Shown piece by piece: positions 38,056 to 51,400 of a DNA stretch of 64,000 nt. Numbering within the stretch: the first letter of the stretch is position 1; each line of letters opens with the position of its first letter. A program made the position numbers and the translations under genes. Below the pieces are notes generated by a model. The model ran no database searches. It was not told where the DNA came from and saw nothing but the letters and a program-made list of their open reading frames with translations. The stretch spans positions 248,001 to 312,000 of the forward strand of contig JBBPEB010000032.1 of NCBI GenBank assembly GCA_039096225.1, in the 5' to 3' direction. This DNA is from Blastocystis sp. Blastoise (Eukaryota; Protista; Bigyra: Opalinata).

Positions 38056-38122
38056 TATTATATATATATATATAGACATGAACGTATATGTTTATTGAAA
38101 CATCTTTTGAAATTATGGAGAG

Positions 38123-38201
<79 letters not shown>

Positions 38202-39465
38202 ATAATAATATATATATAATATATAATATTATTATTATTATTTCTTCAGTCCTTTTTCTTTGGGTGTATATACAATCGAAGAAACAGATGCATTCACACG
38301 TTCGAAAATTAGTAATTTACATTTACCCGAAAGAATGGTATTCTCTTATTATAAAGGAGAAACTTTTAATGTGTTTCCCATTAATAAAATGAGAAATACC
38401 GCCATTGAGCACGTGACTACCACTCATTTCTGGTTAACGGATATGGATATGTGGCCAATGCGTATATATATATATATAATAAGTATAATAAGTATAATAA
38501 GTATAATAATAATAATAAGTATAATAATAATAATAAGTATAATAATAATAATAATAATAAGTATATATATATATATATAGAAGAGACATATGATCGTATT
38601 TTATCGCTTCCTGAAGAGTATCTCGCGGATACCAAATTGGCGCTAATTGTGCCCGCCTTTGAAATTGAAAAGAATAGAAAAAAATGTATTAGTTTTGAAT
38701 CTTGTGGAGTTGATTTATTTAATAGAATGCCTAGTAATAAGAAAGAGCTTGCCGAATGTTTGGAACGAAAAGAATGTGATAGATTCAGACCTAAACAAAG
38801 ATTACATAATTATTATCCTGAAAACTTTTTTATGGATAACGAAACGGTTGTTTTTGGTGTAAAATGTTTTAAAGGAAAAACACAAGAACCGTATATTAAT
38901 AATATATAATAATATATAATAATATATAATAATAATATATAATAGCATATATTCCACATTATTCTAGTTATGTTGTCGTTAAGAAGACCCCCACCATGCC
39001 CCTCTTTGACGAGCGTTTCGTTAATTACGGTTACAATAAGGTCCAATGGTTAGAGCACCTTCGATATGTCGGTTATTCCTTTATGGTCATTAATAATGTA
39101 TTTGCTATGGACTTACCCCACCCGAGGTATACATATATATTATTATTATTATTATGATTATTATAATTATGATTATTATGATTATAATTATGATTATTAT
39201 ATAACACTATATATATATATTATTATTATTATTATTTTAATAATAGTTAACTATATAACACTAAATATTTGCATATATATATTACTATATATATCATATA
39301 TATATTACTATATTACTATATATATATAGATCTCGTTATTTGAATAGTTTTATTAAGAGTATTCAAGACACAAAAGGAAAAGAAATGGAAATGTTGTTAG
39401 TATATGAACAATTTATGATGGAACTTCAACAGAATCCAACGCAATCAGTCATTCCCAAGTGCTAA
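36797..39465 (+). CDS. Glycosyltransferase family 49, type II membrane, with Thr/Asn/Asp-rich stem, 9 exons
   Basis: N-terminal [53 protein letters not shown]; all GT-AG; includes a 10-nt microexon at 37112-37121. Confidence 0.9.
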
Positions 39466-40734
39466 TTGAACTGTGTTTTGTACGGAGAATATATATATAT
39501 TTATTGATTTTCAATTATTTTAAATAATCACTCGTCTATACATATATTTTACTTAAAACCCCTTTTACTATATATATATATATATTTGTATATATTACTA
39601 TATATTTTATTATTTTATATATATATATATATTATTTGTTTTCCAAATTAATTCCAATTTATAAAATTTTTATATATTTCTCTAAAAATATTAAAATATA
39701 TCTGTATATATATATATATATATTCATTATTTCTATTCCTCTAACAAATCTCTATATATATATTATATATATTTGTAAAACACAACTTTAAAGTTTGTGT
39801 TGTTAGTGTGTATATTTCTCGTCTAAATATATATATATATATATATATTAACTACCTCTCTCTTAATTTATTATTTACATTTTTTTTTAACTATTTGAAA
39901 TATCTTTAATTATTTATTATTTATTAACATTACTTATTATACTTTTACCATAAATATTTAAATTCATTTTTTAAAATATGTTTTTATTTTTTACATTTTT
40001 TTTTTTTAAAATCTTTTTTTCGTTGACATTTTCTTCTTTTATATATGTATGTATACATATATGTATATATAAATCAAATTATTCATTAATATAGTCACTT
40101 TTCGTTTTAATATTGTACTTAGTTTTGTTCTTATTATTATTATATATATTGTCTATTGTTATTACAAACTATATATTGATTATTACATAAAAGTCATTCT
40201 ATTATTATTAAATATATATATATGATATTAAAAAAAAAAATCTTTAAAAATGGTTTTCAGCATATATAATTGATATTGAATGCCAAGACTATATTCATTT
40301 GATATTAAATTTATTTTATCTATCCATATATAGCATCAGGTATATTTTGTTTGTCAAATGAAATATTTTGTATTGTTTTCTTTATATAAAAAGTAAATTT
40401 ATATTATTATTTAACCTCTTCATTATGTAATAAAATTGATAATCTCTTGTATTGTTCAATAATACTTATATATATATTATTTTGAAATTTATACTCTTAT
40501 TTTTAAATAAATTATATTAACAAAACAATGATAATAAATAAGACAATGATAATTAATAACTTTAAAATATTCAGAAAATTGAATAAGATAAGGATACTAT
40601 AAGGAAATAAAAAACCAAAGTATATATAAACACATATAATATAAAATAGAAGGTCTTTTTAAATATTAATAAAAAATATATGAAATATAAAAATTATTGA
40701 ATTATTAAATCTATATATAAATAAAAATAAAACA

Positions 40735-42430
40735 TTATGATTTAGATTTTATTGATAATTATTATTCGATAAAAACGGTATTATCTAATCATAAATCATA
40801 AAAAGTAAATGAATAGTGATCACTACATAAATATATATAACAATAAAAAAACAATATATATAAATATATAAAACACACTAGAAGATATTTAGATTTCTTG
40901 TGGATACATTAAAGAATAAAAACGGTATCATTCAATCATATATCTATAAAAAAAAAAGGAAATAAAACAAGTGATAACTCTATAAATAAATAATATAAAA
41001 TTAAAAAAAGTATTATAATTTTTGTAGCCAATAATAATAGACAAAAACGGCATTATCCAATTATATATATCTATAAAAATTAGATATACTTTATAGTTAT
41101 ATAAATATAAAAAGTTAAATAAATAAATAAAAAAGAATACACTACAGAATATTTAAAAACGTTTGATAATACTTTTAGATAAAAACGATATTATCCAAAA
41201 TGAAATATTAATAAATAAATAAAAATAGTGTATAACATATATATAAATAAAAAGAATATATAAATAAATAGAATACTAACAAAGTATTTATATTCTTTCA
41301 ATAAATAAAATAGAAACAAACGGCAGTATCAATTGTATATATCTTATAAATAAATATACTTTATAGTAATAAATAAATAAAAGGATATATATAAATACTA
41401 ATAAGATATTCATAATTTTTTTAACGAAAAATCAGTAGATAAAAACGATATTATCCAAATATAAATATTATAAATAAACATAATAGTAATCAATATATAT
41501 AATATATAATAAAAAGTATTTTATTCCGTTATATAAAAAATAGATAAAAACGGTATTATCAAATTCTATATATATAAAATAAGCATACTTTATAAATAAC
41601 AAAGTATATAGAAAAAACTAGTAAGTAAAATTGATTCTTTGAATAATTAATGAATAAAAACGATATTATTCAATTAGAAATCATAAAAACAAATATACTT
41701 TACAGTTATAAAAAACAGTAAGTATTTTTATTCCTTTCAATAAATGAAATAGGTAAAAACGGTATTATCCAGTCATATATCTTAAAGATAAGTATACTTA
41801 ACCGTAATATATAAATAAATATAAAAATAAATAAATAAAAAAGAATACACTAGATAATATTTATATTCTTTCAATAATAAAAATACTGGGTAAAAACGGT
41901 ATTATCCAATATAAATATATATATTAAAAATAATAAACAGAATAGTGGATAATATATAAATAAATATTAAAAAAAAACTAAAAAAGTATTAAGATTATTT
42001 GAACAATAATAAACTAGATAGAAACGATACCATCTAATAATAATCTTGATATATAAATATACTTTATAGTCAAATATATAATAAAAATTAGACATATAAA
42101 AAGTATTTTATTTCGTTATATAAAAATAGATAAAAACGATATTATCAGATTCTATATATATAAAACAAATATACTTTATAAATAGATAAATAATTAAAAT
42201 ATATAAATAAATTACTAAAAAGGAAATACATAATAAACTTGAATAGTGAATAAAAACGATATTACTCAATTATATATAGAACAAATACACTTTATAGTAA
42301 TATATAAACAAAATAGATATATATACATATATAGAATAATAAAAGTACTTATATTCTTTCAATAAATAAAATAAATACAAACGGCAGTATCAATTATATA
42401 TATCTTATAAATAAATATACTTTATAGTAA
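40735..42430. repeat. Array of 14 degenerate ~125-bp units, each an imperfect hairpin with loop AAACGRYA
   Basis: Core GATAA-AAACGRYA-TTATC recurs every 99-147 bp. Confidence 0.9.
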
Positions 42431-42639
42431 CAAATAAATTAATATAAAAAATTATAAATATAAAAAATAAACAATTTATATATAAATAAATAAAATCAAA
42501 AAAAAATATATTATAAAACAAATATAAATTATAAATAAATAAAAGAAAACCTTCGAAATTATATATATATATATTCATAGAGTTGAGGAGAAAACAATAG
42601 ATAAGGAATAATTATATGGAGAGAAGAAATATATATATA

Positions 42640-43440
42640 TATAGTTAACAAACAAAATTAGATTAAATTATAAAAATGAGATATAATAACATCAAATATA
42701 TAGTTAACAAATTATATATAATATAAAAAAATAGATTGAATTATAAAAATGAGATATAAATAACATCAAATATATAGTTAACAAATTGATATATAATATA
42801 AAAATTAGATTGAATTATAAAAATTAGACATAATAACATCAAATATATAGTTAACAAATTGATATATAATATAAAAAATAGATTGAATTATAAAAATGAA
42901 ATATAATAACATCAAATATATAGTGAACAAATTGATATATAATATAAAAAATAGATTGAATTATAAAAATTAGATATAAATAACATCAAATATATAGATA
43001 ACAAAATGATATATAATATAAAAAAAATAGATTGAGTTATAAAAAATGAGATATAATAACATCAAATATATAGTTAACAAATTGATATATAATATTAAAA
43101 AAATAGATTGAGTTATAAAAATGAGATATAATAACATCAAATATATAGTTAACAAATTAAATTAAATTATAAAAAATTGAGATATAATAACATCAAATAT
43201 ATAGTTAACAAATTGATATATAATATAAAAAATAGATTGAATTATAAAAAATGAAATATAATAACATCAAATATAGTTAACAAATTAAATTAAATTATAT
43301 AAAAATGAGATATAAATAACATCAAACATATAGATAACAAAATGATATATAAAAATTGAGATAAAATAACATCAAATATATAGGTAACAAATTGATATAT
43401 AAATAACATCAAATATATAGATAACGAAATGATATATAAT
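42640..43440. repeat. ~73-bp tandem minisatellite, about 12 copies
   Basis: AACATCAAA recurs at 42688, 42762, 42835, 42908, 42982, 43058, 43133, then shortened copies to 43405. Confidence 0.92.
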
Positions 43441-44233
43441 ATAATATAAAAAATATTATAAAACAAATAATAAGAATATATACATATATATACATTCAAT
43501 AGGACGGGAAATAGATCACATAATGATCCAAAGTATATATATATATATATAGAAAGGTATTATAACAATTGACAACGAACTAATTTTTATTAGGTTTTAA
43601 TTATATATTACTTTTTTTTTTTTTATTATTTTTAATTGTAACTAACTACTTAATAATTTTTTTTTATTTTTATTTTTTTTTAAATATATACATATTTTTT
43701 TATGTATATTTATAATTATTATTATTTTTTTTTTATTTTATTTTAATAATTTTTTTTTTAATTATTATTTTTAAAGATATAATAATATTATTATTATTAT
43801 TATTATTAAATTGTTATAATTACCTTATATTATATAAGAATTATACTAAGAGGATGAGAGAAGGAATTATTATGAATAAAACGATATATATATATATATA
43901 TAAGATTCACGGGATAAAAACTTATAAATATACATATAATAAAAAAAAATGAAAAATATATTTAAAAAATAAAATATATAACTACTAAATATATATATTA
44001 TAAATGTAGAAGAAAATATATTTATCAAATAAATAATAATTCCAAAAAAAAATTTACATATAAATATCCTCTTAATAAAAAAGAAAATGGAAAAGTGAAA
44101 AAAAATATAACAATAAATATTGTTATTAGAGTATAATAAGAAAAAGTGTTAAAAAAAGTGAAAATTGATATTCATATAAAGAATAATCAAATTAATAAAA
44201 AAATATATATATATATATAATATAAAATAGATC

Positions 44234-47200
44234 TTAACGTGGTTGATTCTGTGTATAATTATAATTCATATTATTATAAATTGGAATAGAATTAGTATTA
44301 ATAGATCTATTAGAAGAAGGCATAGTATTATTATTATTATTATAAGGAGTATTAATAAATGAAGTTGTATGTTTATTTAATTGTGGACTAATACTAAATA
44401 GAGTACCTGAAGGATTATTATTTATATTATTATTATTATAAATAGGTTCAAAATGAGTTGTTGTACTTAAATTATTATTATTATTATTATTTATAGGTAG
44501 ATTAGTATTAGTTCTATATATATCATTTGAATCTAAAGTAGATATTGGAGTAGTATTCATATAATTAGTAGAAGATAAAGTATTATTATAGTTATTTGTA
44601 TTATTCATATTATTATTACTCATAATATTATTTCTATTAATAGGTATAGGTACAGACATACCTACAGAAGGTATATTATTATTATTACTCATAATATTAT
44701 TATTATTAGAAAGAGGAGGAATATAAGATGAATTATTATTATTAATATTATTATTAGGAAGAGGAGAAATAGATGTTAATTGATTAATATCCATAGGATG
44801 AACGGATACATTATTATTTTTATCTATATGATGATATATAGTATTATTTTCAATAGATTCTTCTATTGTAGGTACATGTATATTAAATTCATTTATATCA
44901 TTTTCATTTGTAGTAAACCCAGTCATATTAACATTTTCTTCTATTTCTAGATCTTTTACCATCTTATTATGTTCTTCTAATAAAGTATTATTTTCTTGTA
45001 TATCATATTTAGCTCTTATTTTATCTATAGTACGTCTTTCTAACTTTATATCATCTTTTAAATCCGCTAATTTCTTCTTTAATCTATTATCTAAAGTTAA
45101 TACTTGTTCTAATATCGAATGTGGATTTGTTAAATCTACATGATAATCAGTTAAATATGTTTTAAATAATGATTCTAACACACCACGTATATATATAAAT
45201 GAACTTATATTTACACCTTCTTTTGGTACAACTAATATTTTATAATTATTATCATTTAATACATATTGATGATATAATATATTATAATCATTCATATATT
45301 GTTTTAATGTTTTATCATTAGTATCATATTGACTTTGTAATTCTTTATATTTAATAATTACATAATTATATTTCTCTTTCATAGAAGCAAAATCAGCATG
45401 AGAATATTTTAATGTTTGAGCTGTCTTTTCATTCTCTTTATGTAATTCAGTATATGAAGCTACAGATTCTTTAAATTGTTCATCTAATTTTTGATATTGT
45501 TCAATTATACTTTTATTATCACTTTGTAATTGTTTTATTTGATCTTTCTGTGATTGAACCAATTGTTTCGTTTTATTATTTTCTAATGTTGAAGTTTGAA
45601 GAAGTGCTTCTGTTGAACGTACTCTCGATTGTAATGTTTGTAATTTTGTTTGATCTTCATTCTGATTCTTCGTTATAGTTATTATATGATTATTCATAGA
45701 TTCTATATTATTCATTATATTCTTTAATTTATTAGTATATACATCTTGTATATTATTAGTATTAGTATTATTATTTATATATTGAGGAATAGTAGAAGAA
45801 TATATAAATAAATTATTTTTATCTATATATACACTAATAGAATCAATAGATTCTCGATAAGATTGAATTATAGCTGATAAATTATTTGTATTATTATTTA
45901 CTGATTTATATTGATCTTTTATTTGATTTAATTCATTTATTAATTGATTATTCTTTTGATTTAATTCTTGTATTTTATTCATATATTGAATATTTTCTGA
46001 TTTCTTTGTTTCAACTACTGTTGATAATTGTTTATATATATCTGTATATTGATTATTATGATAAGAATAACAAATACTAAGAATATATAATAAATCAGTT
46101 AATGAAGATACTTTATATGTATCCATATGTATATTTAATATAGATTGTTCTTCATTTGATAATTGTAATTGAATTGATAACGGTAAGAAAGGAGATACAT
46201 TCAAATTACTCATCATATTATTCTTATAAGATTTAAATGAATTCATTAATGTAGTTATATTTGTAACTAATGGATTAGTTGATAGTATCATTGGAGAAGA
46301 AAATAATAATGAAGATGAAGGAGATATAGAAGTAGTAGAAGAAGAATAAGAGAATTGTCCTGTTATATATGTCTGTAAAATAGATATAAATGAATCAAAT
46401 GTATATTCTTGTTTAAATAATGTATTTATAGTATTCATTATATAACTTAAATATTGTTTATATGTATTATGATTTGATTCTAATTCTTGATGATTAGTCT
46501 TTAATTGTGTAATGATATCAATAATATATTTATCAGGATTCTTCATATATTCTTCTTGACTAAGAGATACTATATTATTATTTACAAATAATATAGTATA
46601 TATATTCATTATATATTGATAATATATTTTATATTGTTCTTCATAATATTGTTTTTCTTTAGTATTTTGAGTATATAAATTAGTTTGATTCAATTTCATA
46701 TTTTCTAATTCAGTATGAATACTCTCTATATATTTATTACGTTCATTTATTACAATATCTTTATTATTTACTTCTGTTTGTAATAAATTATATTTATTGA
46801 TTATATCTTTATAAGTATCTACAAGTGTCGTATATTGATTCGTTTTCTCTTCTAATTGTGAATCTATTAAAGATCTATAACGTATATGTTCTATATTTAA
46901 TTTAACTAAATGATCCCATAATTCTTGAAATCTTTGTATTAAACATGTTAAATATTCATCTAAAGATAATTGAGAAACATTACTATCTGTTAATAAAGGA
47001 AGAGAAGATATAAATGGTGTTGTAGTTGAACTTATATTCACTAAGGATTGTTTTAATATATCAATAGCATTTCGGAAATTATGTAATCGCTGACGAACAA
47101 CAGAATCTACTTCTTTATAAGTAGTATTTAATTGAGTATAATTACTATTTAATTGAGTATAATTAGTATTTAATTGATTATAATCATTTATTTTTTGGTC

Positions 47201-48318
47201 TAGTTGATTTGTTAACGATTGTATTTGATTCTTATAAGAAGTATCTAATTGAATATATTCATTATTCTTTTGGTCTAATTGATTCTTTAGTATTTGAATT
47301 TGATTCTTATAAGAAGTATCTAATTGACTATAATTAGTATTTAATTGATTATAATCATTTATCTTTTGATTCAATTGATTCGTTATTGACTGGAGCTGAT
47401 TCTTATATGAAGTATCTAATTGAGTATAATTACTATTTAATTGATTATAATCATTTATCTTTTGTTCTAATTGATTTGTTAACGATTGTATTTGATTCTT
47501 ATATGAAGCATCTAATTGAGTATAATTACTATTTAATTGATTATAATTAGTATTCAATTGATTATAATCATTTATCTTTTGGTCTAATTGATTCTTATAA
47601 GAAGTATCTAATTGATTATAATTAGTATCTAATTGATTATAATCATTTATCTTTTGATCTAATTGATTCTTTATTATTTGAATTTGATTCTTATAATTAT
47701 TATCTAACAAATTATATTCATTTGTTTTTTGCTCTATTTGTTTTGTTAATAATTGAATTTGATTCTTATAAGAAGTATCTAATTGACTATAATCATTATT
47801 CAATTCATTATAATCATTTGTTTTTTGTTCTAATTGATTCTTATAAGAAGTATCTAATTGATTATAATTAGTATTTAATTGATTATAATCAGTATTTAAT
47901 TGATTATAATTAGTATTTAATTGATTATAATCACTATTCAATTCATTATAATCTTTTGTTTTTTGATCTATTTGTTCTTTTAATAATTGAATTTGATCTT
48001 TATAATTATTAATATCTATATTCATTTGTTTAATAGTATTCGTACTAGATTCTATTGATGTTTCTAATTCTTGTATTTTATTCATATCATTTATTGTAGA
48101 CGTATTTGAAATAGTTACTAATTCATGTTTTATAAATATATCCCATAAACAGGATATTAATAAATCATTAACTAAAGAATCAGATAGAGTATTTGTAAGT
48201 AAAATATCATCTGAATAATTTTCAAATAATATATTACTTTGTAATGTTGATATATAACTCTTATATTCTTCACTTTGTTGATTAAATATATTCATAGCAT
48301 CATCATCTAAAACATGAA

Positions 48319-48411
<93 letters not shown>

Positions 48412-51400
48412 CAATATCAATAGTATCAGAAATAGATATAATAGAATTATTATTATTAGATATAAATAAACTATTAATATTCTTATTATATTGAGTAATA
48501 TTCTTTATTATATTACTAATAACATTAATATTCTTTATATCAATATCATGTTCATTCTCTTTATTTATTAGTTTCTCTTTATATTGTTCTATTTCATTAT
48601 CTTTACTCATTAAAGAACGTCTTAATACTAACATATTATCACGTAAATTCTCTACTTCTCTTTTATTCTTATCTTCTATATCTTTAGTATTCTTTATATT
48701 TATAGATAACATATCTATCTTATCATGCAAACGTGGAATCATTTCAAAATATAATTTTATTGCATTTATTAATTGTATAGATGAACTTAACATTAAAGAA
48801 TCACTATCATTTTCATCATTATTATTTTCATTATTATTAGATAATGATAAAGAAAGAGAAGAAGATAAAGATAAAGGAATATTTATTCTATCTTTATAAG
48901 TATCTTCATAAGTATTTATATAAGATTCAATATCATTAATTTCTTCTTTATATATACGATTCATATTTTTAATTGAATTACATTCTTTTTCTAAAGTATC
49001 AAATTTCATTTTTAATTCATTATTTTCATTATATAAATGATTTTTATCAGAATCTAATTGATTCTTCTCTTTAATTATATTATTATAATTCTCTTCTAAT
49101 TTATCTTTTTCTTCTTTATATTGATTCATAGTTATAGTATTAGTTGATTCATATTGATCTATACGTTGATGTTCAGATATTAATAATATATATAGATTAC
49201 GAATTGAAGTTGTTATAGACTCATGATCTGTTATAGTAATAGAATCTATATATTCATTAATTGTATCATCTTTATTATTCTTTATATATGTATTAATTCG
49301 AGTATCATTAAGAGAAGTATTTAATTCATTTATTAATGTATTATATTGTTTTAATAATATAGAATATTCATTTGTTTTTAGTATATAATCTGAAGATAAA
49401 GATGTTTTTTCATTTGCTAAATCATTTAGACTATTCTTTAAATCATCAATTGTTGAATGAAGAGTAGAAATAGTATTCTTAGAGTCATTACTATCATTCG
49501 TTAATTGAGAAATACTATTCTTTAACTTTATATTTTCTTCAGATAATTGAGAAATCTTATTCTTTGAATCATTTATAGATATTGTTAATTGAGAAATTGT
49601 ATCATTTAAAGAAGAAATTATATTCTTAGAATCCATATTTTGATTGGATAATCGAGTAATAGTATTATTTAATGTAGTAATAGTATCCTTATTCTCTGTT
49701 AATGTATTTTGATAAGAAGAAATAGTATTTTTAGATTCTTCTATTTCATTTGATAATTGAGAAATATTATTTTTATTATCATCTATAGTTTTATAAAGAG
49801 AATCAATTAATGATTTCGAATTATTATTCTCCTCTGATAATATATCTATTTGTTGTTGTAAATCAGATATCGTTTGAGTTAATGAAGAAATAGTCTCATT
49901 ATTCTTTATTATAGTATCTTTTAAAGATGAAACATCTGTCTTTGAAGTATTATTATCAGTAGATAATTGATCTATTGTAGATTTATAAGTATTAATATCA
50001 TTAGATAATTGATCTATTGTTGATTTATAAGTATTATTATCAGTAGATAATTGATCAATCAGTTGTTTGTTTTCTTCAATTGTTGATTTATAAGTATTAT
50101 TATCTGTAGATAATTGATCAATCAGTTGTTTGTTTTCTTCAATTGTTGATTTATAAGTATTATTATCTGTAGATAATTGATCAATCAGTTGTTTGTTTTC
50201 TTCAATTGTTGATTTATAAGTATTATTCTCATTAGATAAATCTTCAATAATCTTCTTATTATCTTCAATTGATTTATTTAATGATTTAATTGTTAATTGT
50301 TTACTATTAACATCAATAGATAATTCATTTATTTCTTTCTTTAACGATTCAATACTAGTATTTAATGAAGAAACAGTGATATCATTATTATTATTATTTG
50401 TAGCTAATTGTTCAATTGTTGATTTATAAGTATTGTTTTCATTAGATAATTGTTCAATTGTTGATTTATAAGTATTATTTTCAGTAGATAAATCTTCAAT
50501 TATTTTCTTATTGTTTTCAATTGTAGATTTATAAGTATTAATATCAGTAGATAAATCTTCAATTCTTAACTTATATTTATTATTATTAGTAGATAAACCT
50601 TCAATTGTTGATTTATAATTATTATTTTCAGTAGATAAATCTTCAATTGTAGATTTATAATTATTAATGTTTGTAGATAAATCTTCATGTGTTGCCTTAT
50701 AATTACTATTTTCATTAGATAAATCTTCAATTACCTTCTTATTATTTGTCTTTAAATCTTCAATTATCGATTCATATTCATTATTCTTAATAGATAGATC
50801 ATTTATATGATTAACTAAAGATTCAATATTCTTTTTATTTTCATCAATAGTATTAGTATATTCATGAATATGATTCATACTATCATTACGTTCATTCGTT
50901 AATACTATAATTTGATTCTTATATTTATCAATTTCATTATTTAAAGAAGATATAATACTATTCAATTCTTCTATTTTATTTGTTAAATCTTGTATAGTAG
51001 TATTTGAAGTATTTATATGTTCATTTTGTACTTTTAATAATTTATCTTGTGTTTCTTCAAGTTGTTTATTGGATCTATTCAAATGATCTTTTAATACAAG
51101 AGCACTATTCCTATAATTAGTAATAGTATTATTTATATGATTCATATTATCTTCAAGATAAAGTATTTTTGATTTATTATCATCAATAATTCTAGAGAAC
51201 TCATTATTTGATTTTAATAATTCATTATTTGATTTTAATAACTCATTATTCTTTTCAGATAATTCATTATTCTTTTCAGATAATTCAGTATTTGATTTTA
51301 ATAACTCATTATTCTTTTCAGATAATTCATTATTTGAATTATTCATAATATTGATTTCATTTTCAATTTCTTCAATTCTATTCTTTTGTTCTTCTATTGT

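Noticed and set aside
40735-42430. CRISPR array (palindromic repeats at regular spacing)
   Set aside because: Repeats are degenerate, linkers are ~100 nt and related to each other, there are no cas genes, and the context is eukaryotic.
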